Translations under genes and position numbers: made by a program
Notes under the pieces: model-generated
Seen by the model: the letters and a program-made list of their open reading frames with translations, nothing else
Database searches by the model: none
What the model was told of the DNA's origin: nothing
Origin: Candidatus Woesearchaeota archaeon
GTDB taxonomy: Archaea; Nanobdellota; Nanobdellia; Woesearchaeales; JACJVV01
Assembly: GCA_047602755.1 (NCBI GenBank)
Contig: JBLKOM010000005.1
Location: 78,936-142,935 of the forward strand
Direction of reading: 5' to 3'
Length of the DNA stretch: 64,000 nt
Shown: one piece after another, positions 45,070-55,305 of the stretch
Layout: the number at the start of each line of letters is the position of its first letter
Position numbering within the stretch: the stretch's first letter is position 1

Positions 45070-46326
45070 ATGGCAAAAACAAAACAAAAAATAACAAAAA
45101 AAGATACTAAAGCTAAAGTGAAAAAAAATAAAGTAAAAAAAGGTAAAATAAACAAAAAAATACCAGTTACTATTCTTAGTGGTTTTTTAGGCAGTGGTAA
45201 GACCACACTAATTAATCATATTCTTAAAACTAAGAAAAATATGAGAGTTGCATTAATAGTTAATGACATGGCTGCATTTAATATTGATGGACAAAATGTT
45301 TCAGATAAAATATCACAAACTGAAGAAAAACTAGTTCAAATCCAGAATGGATGTATATGTTGTACACTAAGAGAAGATTTATTTAAAGAAGTAAAAAAAA
45401 TTGCAAAGGAAAATAAATATGATTATTTAATTATAGAATCAAGTGGGATTTCTGAACCTTTACCAGTGGCTGCAACTTTTACTTTTCCACTAAATGAGAA
45501 AGAATGTTTAAGTGATGTTGCAGAAGTTGATACAATGGTTACAGTTGTTGATGCAAAAAATTTTATTGATGAGTATAATTCAACTGAAACATTAAAGGAT
45601 AGAAAACAACAAGTATCAGAAGAAGATGAAAGATCAGTTGTTGATCTGATGGTTGATCAATTAGAATTTGCGAATATTATTTTAGTCAATAAAGTAGATT
45701 TAGTTAATAAAAAACAATTAAAAGAGATACATGGAATGATTCGTTCCATTAATTCAGAAGCAGAAATTATTGACACTATAAATGGACAAGTTAAGCTTGA
45801 TAAAATAATGCATACTAAAAAATTTAATTTTGAAAAAGCATCAGAATATCCAACTTGGCTGAAAGAGATACAACGAAAAAATGATCATGTTCCTGAAACA
45901 GAAGAATATGGTATTTCAAGCTTTGTTTTTAAGTCAAAATTACCACTTCATCCTGAGAGATTTTGGAAGTTTATACATACAAAACATCCAGGTTTAATAC
46001 GTGCAAAAGGATACTTTTGGTTATCAACAAGAATGAAATTTGTTGGAGATTATCAACTTGCAGGTAAACAAAAAGAATTTGGGGTTGCTGGTGAATGGTG
46101 GGTAACTGTAGACAAAAAAGAATGGCCTAAAGGATTAAAGAAAATAATAAAACCAGTATGGGATGAAAAATTTGGTGATAGACGGCAAGAGATGGTTTTT
46201 ATAGGAATAAAGATAAGTAAAAAACAAATTGAAAAACAATTAAAAGAATGCCTTTTAACCAAAGAAGAATTAAAGCAAGATTATGAGAACTTTAATGACC
46301 CATTTCCTAAGTGGGTAGCTAAGTAG
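45070..46326 (+). CDS. COG0523 (CobW/ZigA/YjiA-family) metallochaperone GTPase
   Basis: Walker A GFLGSGKTT, metal-binding GCICCT (CxCC) and a CobW C-terminal domain. Lys-rich N-terminal extension. Confidence 0.85.
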   Translation: MAKTKQKITKKDTKAKVKKNKVKKGKINKKIPVTILSGFLGSGKTTLINHILKTKKNMRVALIVNDMAAFNIDGQNVSDKISQTEEKLVQIQNGCICCTLREDLFKEVKKIAKENKYDYLIIESSGISEPLPVAATFTFPLNEKECLSDVAEVDTMVTVVDAKNFIDEYNSTETLKDRKQQVSEEDERSVVDLMVDQLEFANIILVNKVDLVNKKQLKEIHGMIRSINSEAEIIDTINGQVKLDKIMHTKKFNFEKASEYPTWLKEIQRKNDHVPETEEYGISSFVFKSKLPLHPERFWKFIHTKHPGLIRAKGYFWLSTRMKFVGDYQLAGKQKEFGVAGEWWVTVDKKEWPKGLKKIIKPVWDEKFGDRRQEMVFIGIKISKKQIEKQLKECLLTKEELKQDYENFNDPFPKWVAK

Positions 46327-46370
46327 ATATGATTATTGTTGCAATCTTCGTTATTAATTTTAATATTAGT

Positions 46371-46754
46371 TCATAGAGATTCATACAATTCTATTGGAAT
46401 TCCATCTGGGTCTCTTAAAAAACAATACCATGCACAAGTTGTTCCTTTTTTTGGTTCATCGATATCTATGCCTTTATTTTGTAATTCTTTATATTTTTGC
46501 CTAACATTATCTACTTCTATACCAATATGCTTTAAACCAATAACTTTAAGATTTGATAGATTATCTTTTTTGTCAGTAGAATTCTGAAATTGAAAAATTT
46601 CTAATTGAAGATGATTTAATTCAAGAATAATAGCACTACCATCCCATCCTGGTTTTGTGAATCTATTTATCTCTTGAAACCCAAAAATATTTTTGTAAAA
46701 AAAAGCAGATTTTTCTAAATCTCTTACAGATATTGCGATATGATGAATTTTCAT
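46371..46754 (-). CDS. VOC/glyoxalase I family protein
   Basis: HHIAISVRDLEKSAFFY...GF and a second half, i.e. paired beta-alpha-beta-beta-beta modules. Confidence 0.8.
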   Translation of the reverse strand: MKIHHIAISVRDLEKSAFFYKNIFGFQEINRFTKPGWDGSAIILELNHLQLEIFQFQNSTDKKDNLSNLKVIGLKHIGIEVDNVRQKYKELQNKGIDIDEPKKGTTCAWYCFLRDPDGIPIELYESL

Positions 46755-46899
46755 TATTGCTGATATTAATTTAAAGTATATAAATTTTCTGACAAGTTCA
46801 GATTATCTCACATCAATTTAAAAGTAGCTTACGTACATTTAATAAAAACGAATAATTAATAAATCGCTAATTCTAAAAACAGGTAAATTAAGATTAAAA

Positions 46900-47847
46900 A
46901 TGCCAGCAATACAAATAAGAAATTTAATAAAAAAATTTGGTGATGATAAAGCAGTTGACAATTTATCGTTAATCGTTCCTGAAAATAAGATATTTGGTCT
47001 TCTTGGAAGCAATGGTGCAGGTAAAACCACTACTATAAATATACTTACAGGTTTATTATTACCAGATAATGGCTCTGTAAATATATTAGGCTTAGATGTA
47101 GTAAAAGATATTCAAAAGATAAGGACAAAAATATCGCTTGTTCCTCAAACCATTTCCTTATATGATAATCTTACAATTTATGAGAATATGGAGTTCTTTG
47201 GTGGGTTATATATCAAAACAAATTCTGAATTAAAATCTAAAATTGATTATTATCTTGATTTGTTTCATATGAAAGATAAAAAAAATGTAAAAATATCAAA
47301 TCTCTCAGGTGGATATCAGAGACGATGTTCAATTGCATGTTCAGTTATTTCTTCACCAAAAATTTTATTCTTAGATGAACCTTCAACAGGAATAGATATG
47401 TATACAAATAAAATTATACTTGATTTTATTAAATCACTAAAAGATATTACAGTAATTATAACAACACACTCAATTAAAGAGGCTGAAACACTATGTGATT
47501 ATGTTGTTTTCATGGATAGAGGAAAAAAAGTTTTAGAAGGAGTTCCAAAGCAAATAATTAAAGAATATTCAAAATATATTGGTGAAACAATAACTATTGA
47601 TTTTGATATTAATATTGATGTTAACAAAGTCAAGCAATATCTTGAAAAATCAAATTTTAACATAAGAGATATGAATGTAAAAAACAAATCAATTTCTTTT
47701 GTTACATCAGACTTAGGCAATAGTGTAATTGATGTTATGAATTCATTAAAATCACTAAAATCTAACATAATAAATATTGATATTAGTAAACCAACACTTG
47801 AAGATATATTCAATAAATTTATGGAGAAAAACAATGAGATTATTTAG
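46900..47847 (+). CDS. ABC transporter ATP-binding protein (ABC-2 type)
   Basis: Walker A GSNGAGKTT, signature LSGGYQRR and Walker B LFLDEPSTGID. Confidence 0.85.
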   Translation: MPAIQIRNLIKKFGDDKAVDNLSLIVPENKIFGLLGSNGAGKTTTINILTGLLLPDNGSVNILGLDVVKDIQKIRTKISLVPQTISLYDNLTIYENMEFFGGLYIKTNSELKSKIDYYLDLFHMKDKKNVKISNLSGGYQRRCSIACSVISSPKILFLDEPSTGIDMYTNKIILDFIKSLKDITVIITTHSIKEAETLCDYVVFMDRGKKVLEGVPKQIIKEYSKYIGETITIDFDINIDVNKVKQYLEKSNFNIRDMNVKNKSISFVTSDLGNSVIDVMNSLKSLKSNIINIDISKPTLEDIFNKFMEKNNEII

Positions 47848-49510
47848 AGTAATCAAGAAAGAAATTCTTGATTTTCTAAGAGATAGAGGCTTTATCTTAA
47901 CTTTAATACTTGAACCATTAATTTTAATACTTGTTTTTGGGTATACCTTCCAAGCAGATATTGATAATCTAAACACAATTGTAATTGATCTAGATAATAC
48001 AGATTATTCAAGCAAGATAATCAGTGCCGTTGAAACTTCTGAATATTTTAGAATTATTGAATTTACAGGGGATATAGAATCTGCTAAGGATCATCTGGAA
48101 AAGGGAAATGCACGAGCAATTTTTTATATACCTGATGGTTTTGGAAAACAATTAAACAATGCTAATAAATCAGATATAGAATTATACATTGATAGTTCTG
48201 ATTATACAATATATAATATAATAAAAGGTGCTTCTGCACAAGTAATGAAAGATTCGCTTCAAGATATTGTACAAATTATAGTTTTTGACCTTGAAGCAGA
48301 AAGAGATTTAAAGCAAGAAAGAGTTGATGAGGTACAAGCTTTAGTTGACAGTATAGAACAAAAAGCAGATTTTACAATTGATAAAGTAGATTCTCTTTAT
48401 GAGCAATTTAATATTCTTAGAACCTTAATTAGTGATACAGAACAAAAAATTAGTGAGACTACTAAGGAATTAGACAATATCAGTTCTTCTCTTGATAATT
48501 TTGATAGAGACATTGGATCAACTATCAATTCGTTAATTCGTTTAAGAGGCTCTTTACTCGAAATTAGAAGTGCAAGTCCTTCACTTGCAGAACCAGTAGA
48601 TAATGCTGTACGAGAAATAAATATTTTAAGAACAAATCTAGATGATTTATTAAAAAAAGTAAATGAAATAGATCCATCAACAAGGATAAATATTTCTGAT
48701 GATTATTTCAATATACCTGAATTTACTGATAAACTTGATTCAAATGAATTAGAAGTTAAAAGTATTGATGAAACTGCTAAAGAGATTGAACAGATATACA
48801 AAGACATTCAACAACGAATTGATAGTATCCATCTTGAGTTAAAAACTTTGCAACGAGAATTTCTTGCACAACCAATGGATATAAATAAAATGTATTTGTA
48901 TGGTGAAATCACTTATTTTCAATATTTAACACCAGCAATACTGACTTTAATTTTGTTTTTTATTGGTGTAGTCCTAACCACAGTTAATATAGTCGATGAA
49001 AGAAATAGTAAAACACTTTTTAGGATTGCAACAACTCCTTTGAAAAAATGGGAATTAGTAGGTGGTAAATTTATTGTTTTTTTTATAATTGGTATAATTG
49101 AAGCTGTATATGTATTATTACTTGCAATATTTTTGTTTAAAGTTATAATTATTGGTAGTATTCCACTTGTTTTCTTAGTATTAATATTACTTATGGCAGC
49201 ATCAATTGGTTTAGGATTACTTATTTCAGCTGTTGTAAAGACAATGAGACAAGCTATAATGCTTGTTCCATTAGTTTTAATACCGTCTGTACTTATATCA
49301 CAAACATTTTCTCCTATTGAAGTAATGCCAATATTTATGCAATATGTTGCATATTTTAGCCCAATGTTTTATTCTAATGTTGCACTTAGAGAAATAATGA
49401 TTAAAGGGTCAGGAATTGAAGCTGTAATATTACCAATAATAATCTTGGGTATATATGCGCTAATTACTGTGATATTAGGGATAATTATATATAAGAAAAG
49501 AATTGAATAA
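47834..49510 (+). CDS. ABC-2/YhgE-Pip-like permease with a large extracytoplasmic coiled-coil domain
   Basis: N-terminal TM, a helical domain of about 300 aa, and then 5 C-terminal TM. The track ORF opens at 47777, but an ATG at 47834 gives a 14-nt coupled overlap with the ATPase gene. Confidence 0.7.
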   Translation: MRLFRVIKKEILDFLRDRGFILTLILEPLILILVFGYTFQADIDNLNTIVIDLDNTDYSSKIISAVETSEYFRIIEFTGDIESAKDHLEKGNARAIFYIPDGFGKQLNNANKSDIELYIDSSDYTIYNIIKGASAQVMKDSLQDIVQIIVFDLEAERDLKQERVDEVQALVDSIEQKADFTIDKVDSLYEQFNILRTLISDTEQKISETTKELDNISSSLDNFDRDIGSTINSLIRLRGSLLEIRSASPSLAEPVDNAVREINILRTNLDDLLKKVNEIDPSTRINISDDYFNIPEFTDKLDSNELEVKSIDETAKEIEQIYKDIQQRIDSIHLELKTLQREFLAQPMDINKMYLYGEITYFQYLTPAILTLILFFIGVVLTTVNIVDERNSKTLFRIATTPLKKWELVGGKFIVFFIIGIIEAVYVLLLAIFLFKVIIIGSIPLVFLVLILLMAASIGLGLLISAVVKTMRQAIMLVPLVLIPSVLISQTFSPIEVMPIFMQYVAYFSPMFYSNVALREIMIKGSGIEAVILPIIILGIYALITVILGIIIYKKRIE

Positions 49511-49515
49511 AGAAT

Positions 49516-50328
49516 ATGTTTTCATTAGAATTAAGAAATCTAGCAATACAGTTGATTTTAATATTTTTGATAGTTTATATATCCATAGGAATATATTTAT
49601 TCTTAGCGCAGAGATCTATGATATATTATCCAGATAAACAAGATTTTGATAATTGTCCAGGATTTAGTGATTATGAAAGAAAAAATTACGATGGTACACG
49701 ATTTTATTTTAAACAAGGAAAAGATAATGAAAGTAATAACGTCATTGTTTTTTATCATGGTAATGCAGGATCAACATGTGATAGAAGCTATATGAAACAA
49801 CTTTTTGAACGAACAAAGGCTTCACTTATCTTTGTAGAATATGCAGGATATTCTAATGATAAAAAAAGACCTAATATTAAAAGAATTCTAGATGATGTTA
49901 GAAATATTAACAGCTTTATTATAAATAATGGATTTGAAAGTGTTATGGTTTATGGTGAAAGTATAGGTACAGGGCCGGGTAGTTATCATGCAAAAATAGG
50001 ACAAGTAGATTTTTTAATATTTGTTACTCCTTTTTATTCCTTGCAATATTTGGCACAAAGTATGTATCGGATATATCTTGCATCAATATTAGTAAGAGAA
50101 AGATATGATAATGCAAGATGGTTAAAAGATTACAAAGGAGATATTGTTATAATTCATGGAAGTCAAGATGATATAATACCTTATCAACATTCTAGAAGAT
50201 TGTATGATAACCTAGTGACAGAAAATAAAGAATATATTTTTATACAAGGTAGAGGTCATAATGATTTGTGGCATTCTGATGAATATCGTATAAGATTAGC
50301 TGACTTAATTATGAGAATAAATAATTAA
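49516..50328 (+). CDS. Alpha/beta hydrolase (membrane-anchored)
   Basis: N-terminal TM, GESIGTG nucleophile elbow, HGNAGS oxyanion region and a late HG.DD.I acid/His segment. Confidence 0.7.
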   Translation: MFSLELRNLAIQLILIFLIVYISIGIYLFLAQRSMIYYPDKQDFDNCPGFSDYERKNYDGTRFYFKQGKDNESNNVIVFYHGNAGSTCDRSYMKQLFERTKASLIFVEYAGYSNDKKRPNIKRILDDVRNINSFIINNGFESVMVYGESIGTGPGSYHAKIGQVDFLIFVTPFYSLQYLAQSMYRIYLASILVRERYDNARWLKDYKGDIVIIHGSQDDIIPYQHSRRLYDNLVTENKEYIFIQGRGHNDLWHSDEYRIRLADLIMRINN

Positions 50329-50347
50329 ATACCAATTAAAGATAAAA

Positions 50348-51475
50348 TTAATAATTTAATTCATAGATTTCTACAAGTTCATGAAAGATATCTTTTATTG
50401 ATTGATCTGGTATTTCTCCAGTTGGGAAATTATAACCATATTTTATTATAGGGATAATCATATCTGTTGGAAAACAATGTCGGTGATCATTATCAGTCAT
50501 GCCATGATCTGATAAAATAATTATTTGTGATTCTTCAAATAAGTTTAATTCTTTTAATTTCTTAATTAATAATTTTAAAGCAGAATCAGCTTCATTTATT
50601 GCATTAAGGTATTCTTGGCTATCGTGACCAAAAGTATGTCCTGTATAATCAACGATAGGTAATAAAATAAAAGAAAAATCAGGTTTATGTTCCATAAATA
50701 TTTCAATAAATGTATTCACTACTTTTGAATCAATATTTCTTACACCATCTATGAATTCATAGTAATAGTAATCATCTCCATAATAATAGCTAACACTTCT
50801 TTCTAAACCTTTAATTCTTTTCATACCTTTACCGTCAATTAAAGCAGTAGTATAACCATTTTTCTCAAATACCTCAAAAATAGTTATTCCATTAAAATTG
50901 TCATTTGCATTGTGAAAATTATGTTCTTCAGGTGATAAACCTGTAAATAATGATGCATGAGCTGAAGGTGTAGTTGATGGGCAAACAGTTGTTGAATTAA
51001 ATGAATATGCACTATTATAATCATTAATTAGACTATCTATATAAGGGGTATTTGCTTCTTTAAACGAATCTGCCCTCATGCCATCAATAATTATTAGAAA
51101 TATAGGTTTGTGATCTCTCTCACACCAGAGATAGCTATATTCACAATCTAAGCTATTAAGGTAGTACCCTTCGTTACAACTATCATTTATTGCAATTTTA
51201 GAATTTCTTTTTGACATTGCGATTGTTGAAGCGATACAGCAATTAAAATCTTCAGATAAATAACAATTCTTGATTAAATCATGATAATATAAATCAAATT
51301 TTCTAAAATCGAATGTTGTTTGATTATTTTTTTCAATTGTTATGTTATTAATAATTAAATAAATAATTAAAAATAATACAAATAAATTTGAAAATAGAAT
51401 AATTTTAAATCTATTCTTTTTTTGCATAAATATACTTGGATTGATTCCTTTAAAAGTGTTTATATATAAACTCAA
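50348..51475 (-). CDS. Alkaline-phosphatase-superfamily nucleotide pyrophosphatase/phosphodiesterase-like enzyme (secreted)
   Basis: N-terminal TM/signal. Metal-site motifs IIDGMRAD, CPSTTPSAHASLFTG and LSDHGMTD. Confidence 0.75.
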   Translation of the reverse strand: MSLYINTFKGINPSIFMQKKNRFKIILFSNLFVLFLIIYLIINNITIEKNNQTTFDFRKFDLYYHDLIKNCYLSEDFNCCIASTIAMSKRNSKIAINDSCNEGYYLNSLDCEYSYLWCERDHKPIFLIIIDGMRADSFKEANTPYIDSLINDYNSAYSFNSTTVCPSTTPSAHASLFTGLSPEEHNFHNANDNFNGITIFEVFEKNGYTTALIDGKGMKRIKGLERSVSYYYGDDYYYYEFIDGVRNIDSKVVNTFIEIFMEHKPDFSFILLPIVDYTGHTFGHDSQEYLNAINEADSALKLLIKKLKELNLFEESQIIILSDHGMTDNDHRHCFPTDMIIPIIKYGYNFPTGEIPDQSIKDIFHELVEIYELNY

Positions 51476-51498
51476 TTAATTATATATGCTCTATTTTT

Positions 51499-52335
51499 TT
51501 ATGCAATTGATTTTATTCTAATATAATTAATTACATTTTGATATAGTAATATTAAAATAAATATTAGTGCATTAAATAAAATAATTGTTCCGGACACTGC
51601 AAAGTCAAAATAATATGCAATAATTAGTCCTAAAATAACAGTTAATACAGAAATTATAATTGAAGAGAATGTTGTTTTTTTAAAGCTGGTTTTTAATTGA
51701 AGTGCAGACGCTGCAGGTAATATTATTAATGCAGAAGCAAGCATTAGTCCAACAATATTCATTGCTGATACAATCGTTATTGCTGTAAGTATAATTAACA
51801 TTGTATTTAAGAAATTAACATTTATTCCAGATATTTTTGCAGATTCTTCATCAAATGAAATATAAAATAATTCTTTGTTAAATACAAGAATAAAAATAAT
51901 AACAGTAATAGCAAGAAATACTGATAAATATAATTCAGTAGTACTAACTGATAAAATACTCCCAAATAAGTAACTTAGAATATCAACATTAAAACCACTT
52001 GCCATACTTATTATAAAAATGCCTATGCCTAAACTTGCATGACTAACAATCCCTATTGCTGTATCTCCATGAATATTTGATTTTTCTTTTAGTTTTAATA
52101 TACCTAATGATCCGATTAATCCAAATAATAATGCACTAATAAATGGTACAAAATTAAATAAAAGACCAGTAGCAACTCCACCAAATGAGATGTGCGCAAT
52201 ACCATCTCCAATCAATGAAAATCTTCTTAGAACTAAAAATATTCCAAGAAGTGAGCATGCAATTGCAATAAGTATTCCTACAATAAAGGCTCTTTGCATA
52301 AATCCATAAGATAAAATTTCAATCATATTTTTCAC
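51499..52335 (-). CDS. znuB: Zn/Mn ABC transporter permease (ABC-3/ZnuB family)
   Basis: 8 TM. Family-typical G-rich helices. Part of an operon with the ATPase and the binding protein. Confidence 0.85.
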   Translation of the reverse strand: MKNMIEILSYGFMQRAFIVGILIAIACSLLGIFLVLRRFSLIGDGIAHISFGGVATGLLFNFVPFISALLFGLIGSLGILKLKEKSNIHGDTAIGIVSHASLGIGIFIISMASGFNVDILSYLFGSILSVSTTELYLSVFLAITVIIFILVFNKELFYISFDEESAKISGINVNFLNTMLIILTAITIVSAMNIVGLMLASALIILPAASALQLKTSFKKTTFSSIIISVLTVILGLIIAYYFDFAVSGTIILFNALIFILILLYQNVINYIRIKSIA

Positions 52336-52357
52336 AATTTATTTTTGTTTAATAATA

Positions 52358-53191
52358 TCATTTATCGAAACATAATTCATGCTCCTCATGATTATGTTTA
52401 TGTTCATGTTTATGATGATTAAGGTGGTCATGAATCTGTTCATGATCTGGGTCATTAGCACAAAATTCTTTATGACTTCCATAAAATTTTAAAGTTTGAT
52501 TAATACTTGCAACTTTAGTTACATATTTAGTTATTCTATTAACATCATGTGAAACTAGTATTATTGTAATACCATCTTGATTCAGTTTTCCAAGCAAAAA
52601 ATAGAATGATTTTTGATTTTGTTGATCAACTCCTGTAGTTGGTTCATCTAATATTAGTATTTCTGGATTTGTAATTATTGCTTTTGCAATTAAAACACGT
52701 TGTTGTTCACCACCTGATAATTCACTAATTCTAGAATCTTTATACTTGAGCATTTTTACAATAGATAATGCTTGAATTATTTTCTCATTATCAATCTTAT
52801 TAAGTATTTTTGGGAATTTTTTGCTTGATAATAAGCCCATTGCTACTACTTCATATACTGTAGCAGGAAAATTTTTTTCGATATTTGTTGCTTTTTGTGG
52901 TACATACCCTATTTTATTCCACTCGCTAAATTTGCTAATTTCTTTTCCAAATAACTTAATTGTTCCTTTTCTTGGTTTAATTATGCCTAATATGATTTTT
53001 AGAAGTGTTGTCTTACCTGATCCATTTGGTCCTATCAAACCTATAAAATCACCCTTTTTAATAGACATAGAAACATCTTTAACAACATCTTTTTTGGTAT
53101 ATGAAAAACTTATACTATTTAATTCTAATAACTTTTTTGTATTTGAATTAGTTCTATTTTTTGTTATTAATTTATTCATTATTGCATTCAA
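52358..53191 (-). CDS. znuC: Zn/Mn ABC transporter ATP-binding protein with a His-rich C-terminus
   Basis: GPNGSGKTT, LSGGEQQR, ILDEPTTGVD and the C-terminal tail HDHLNHHKHEHKHNHEEHE. Confidence 0.85.
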   Translation of the reverse strand: MNAIMNKLITKNRTNSNTKKLLELNSISFSYTKKDVVKDVSMSIKKGDFIGLIGPNGSGKTTLLKIILGIIKPRKGTIKLFGKEISKFSEWNKIGYVPQKATNIEKNFPATVYEVVAMGLLSSKKFPKILNKIDNEKIIQALSIVKMLKYKDSRISELSGGEQQRVLIAKAIITNPEILILDEPTTGVDQQNQKSFYFLLGKLNQDGITIILVSHDVNRITKYVTKVASINQTLKFYGSHKEFCANDPDHEQIHDHLNHHKHEHKHNHEEHELCFDK

Positions 53192-54467
53192 GACCTATCT
53201 CTAGGTTATCAAGATTTTCTTTCATAAGATCAATAAATGTAATTCCTTGATCTATTTCATCTTGCATTAAATTATGTCCTGGATTTAATACTAGTATCTC
53301 AGCACCTACTTCTTGTGCGATTGTTTGAGCCATTCTTGGATTTACCATTTTTTCAAAGTAGATATATTTTATATCATTTTCTTTAGTTAAATCAACAATC
53401 TGCCTCAATGTCTGAGGTGTTGGCTCTGCATTAGGTGATAAACCATATGCTGATTTTACCTCTAAATTGTATCTACTTGCAAGATATCTAAATGAATCAT
53501 GTCCACCAGTTATAAAAATTGAATGTTTACAATTTGTTAAACTATTTGTATATAACTTATCTAATTCGTCAAATAATTCCATATATTCAATTGCATTATC
53601 AAGATAATAATAATTATTTTCTGAATCTATTGCTGATAAAACTTCATAAAGTTCATGTAAGATTAGTTTATTATTTTCAAAATCAAGCCAAAAATGAGGA
53701 TCATATTCTCCATGATGGTGATCATGTTCTTCATGATGTTCATATTCATGTTCTAAAAATTCATAAATTATTTCTTCAATCTCATGTAAAGCATCATCTG
53801 AAGTCATTATATTATCTTCCCATTCATGTATGATTTTATCAATTATCTTTATTATTTCATGGAAATCATGATTATGTTCTTCATGATCATTCTCATCATG
53901 TTCTTCATGATGATCATTTTCTAAAAAATGATGGATTATTTCTTCAATCTCATGTAAAGCTTTATTTGAAGTCATTATATTATCTTCCCACTCATGTATA
54001 TAATATTCAATATTTGTTATTATTTCTTTTATTTCATGATTATCATGATATTCATCATGTGAGTCTAATAGATTTACAAAAGAACTTGTATCTATTATTT
54101 TTAAATTTGGATTATTTATTCCTTCTAATATATCATGTGCCCAAGGTTCCATATCTTCTCCAATGAAAATGAAAATATCTGCTGAATTTATTTTTCTTAT
54201 ATCGCTTGGTTTTGGTTCAAATGTATGTGCTTCTGCTCCTGGCGGTAATAATAATGTGGTTTCTACATTCTCTCCTCCGACTTGTTTAGCAAATTCATAT
54301 AATGGATATAATGTTGTTACAATAACTATTTTGTCTTCAGTTTCATATTCTTTAGAACCAGTAGAACATGCCATTAGTGAGAAAAGAATCGTACTTACTA
54401 ATACTGAAATAATAGTAATTTTCTTTAATATTTTTAGATAATTATTGATTTTTTTAATATTATACAT
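53172..54467 (-). CDS. znuA: Metal (zinc) ABC transporter substrate-binding protein with a duplicated His/Glu-rich loop
   Basis: TroA/ZnuA cluster A-I fold motifs: N-terminal lipoprotein-like signal, HTFEP, DPHFWLD and a long H/E/D-rich insert. Confidence 0.8.
   Translation of the reverse strand: MYNIKKINNYLKILKKITIISVLVSTILFSLMACSTGSKEYETEDKIVIVTTLYPLYEFAKQVGGENVETTLLLPPGAEAHTFEPKPSDIRKINSADIFIFIGEDMEPWAHDILEGINNPNLKIIDTSSFVNLLDSHDEYHDNHEIKEIITNIEYYIHEWEDNIMTSNKALHEIEEIIHHFLENDHHEEHDENDHEEHNHDFHEIIKIIDKIIHEWEDNIMTSDDALHEIEEIIYEFLEHEYEHHEEHDHHHGEYDPHFWLDFENNKLILHELYEVLSAIDSENNYYYLDNAIEYMELFDELDKLYTNSLTNCKHSIFITGGHDSFRYLASRYNLEVKSAYGLSPNAEPTPQTLRQIVDLTKENDIKYIYFEKMVNPRMAQTIAQEVGAEILVLNPGHNLMQDEIDQGITFIDLMKENLDNLEIGLECNNE
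53771..53999. repeat. Internal ~60-nt direct repeat, two copies about 168 nt apart, within the znuA His-rich loop region
   Basis: 53771-53830 and 53939-53999 are about 90% identical and encode IHEWEDNIMTS(N/D)(K/D)ALHEIEEII twice. Confidence 0.7.
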
Positions 54468-54508
54468 TATATCACCTTATATAGTAAAGCAGAATCTTTT
54501 TATATAAC

Positions 54509-54531
54509 TTATTGATTTAGATTATCAATAA
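54509..54531. promoter_or_regulatory. Fur/Zur-box-like inverted repeat in the znuA / 54579 divergent promoter
   Basis: TTATTGATTTAGATTATCAATAA shares both arms with the 45017 box and differs at 3 central positions. Confidence 0.55.
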
Positions 54532-54578
54532 GGCAATAATATCTGAGATTATATTAATTAGGTATTTATACTAAAAAA

Positions 54579-54881
54579 ATGAAGAAAAAAATAAATATTA
54601 AGCTACAAAATAATATTAAGATTTATTTTTCTAATCTTTACAAGAATTCAAAAGTTTTTAGAAATTTAACAAATTTCTTTGGAATAAGCTTTGGTGCTTC
54701 TACTATGTATTATATCATTCCAGGATGTCCATGTTGTGGAAAACCACCTGCAATGTGTGCGTTATCAATTTTTACAGGATTAATAATTGGGTTTATAGTA
54801 GGAATCTTTTTTTATTTATGGCTAGGTATAAAGATTGTTTATAATAATGTTAAGAAAATTTTGGTTTTTAATGATGATTAA
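54579..54881 (+). CDS. Small membrane protein with a CPCCGKPPAMC motif
   Basis: 100 aa, 2 TM and a Cys cluster. Lies between znuA and the fur-family gene. Confidence 0.4.
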   Translation: MKKKINIKLQNNIKIYFSNLYKNSKVFRNLTNFFGISFGASTMYYIIPGCPCCGKPPAMCALSIFTGLIIGFIVGIFFYLWLGIKIVYNNVKKILVFNDD

Positions 54882-54921
54882 TATAATTATGATACATAGT
54901 AACAAAAACAACTGACTAAAA

Positions 54922-55305
54922 ATGGTAAAAAAACGTAATACTCGTCAAAAAGAAATAATGGAAAATGAATTAGCTAAGATAGATTCATTTTTTACAGCAG
55001 ATGAATTTCATGAGAAAATATTAGCAAAAGATAAAAATATGGGGATTGCGACAATTTATCGTTTTTTAAGTGAATTAAAAGAAAACAATAAAATTTATTC
55101 TTATATTTGTGATAGGAAAACAGTATTTACAACACAAGACAATAGTCATTGTCATTTTATTTGTGAGAAAACAGGTAAAATTATTCATTTCAAGATTGAT
55201 TCAATAGATTTTCTAAAGAATAAAATACCAGGTTCAATAAAAAGTTTTCAACTGGAAATAAGAGGAGAATGTAAAGATGATTGCAATAAATGTTGCAAAG
55301 ATTAA
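54922..55305 (+). CDS. Fur-family metalloregulator, probably Zur
   Basis: The wHTH region (IYRFLSELKENNKI) is followed by a HCHF and a C-terminal Cys cluster CKDDCNKCCKD. Confidence 0.8.
   Translation: MVKKRNTRQKEIMENELAKIDSFFTADEFHEKILAKDKNMGIATIYRFLSELKENNKIYSYICDRKTVFTTQDNSHCHFICEKTGKIIHFKIDSIDFLKNKIPGSIKSFQLEIRGECKDDCNKCCKD

Noticed and set aside
47777-47833. Track start for the YhgE-like permease at 47777, overlapping the ABC ATPase by 71 nt
   Set aside because: An in-frame ATG at 47834 gives the typical ATGA-style coupled overlap and starts at the first TM helix, so the longer start was not adopted.
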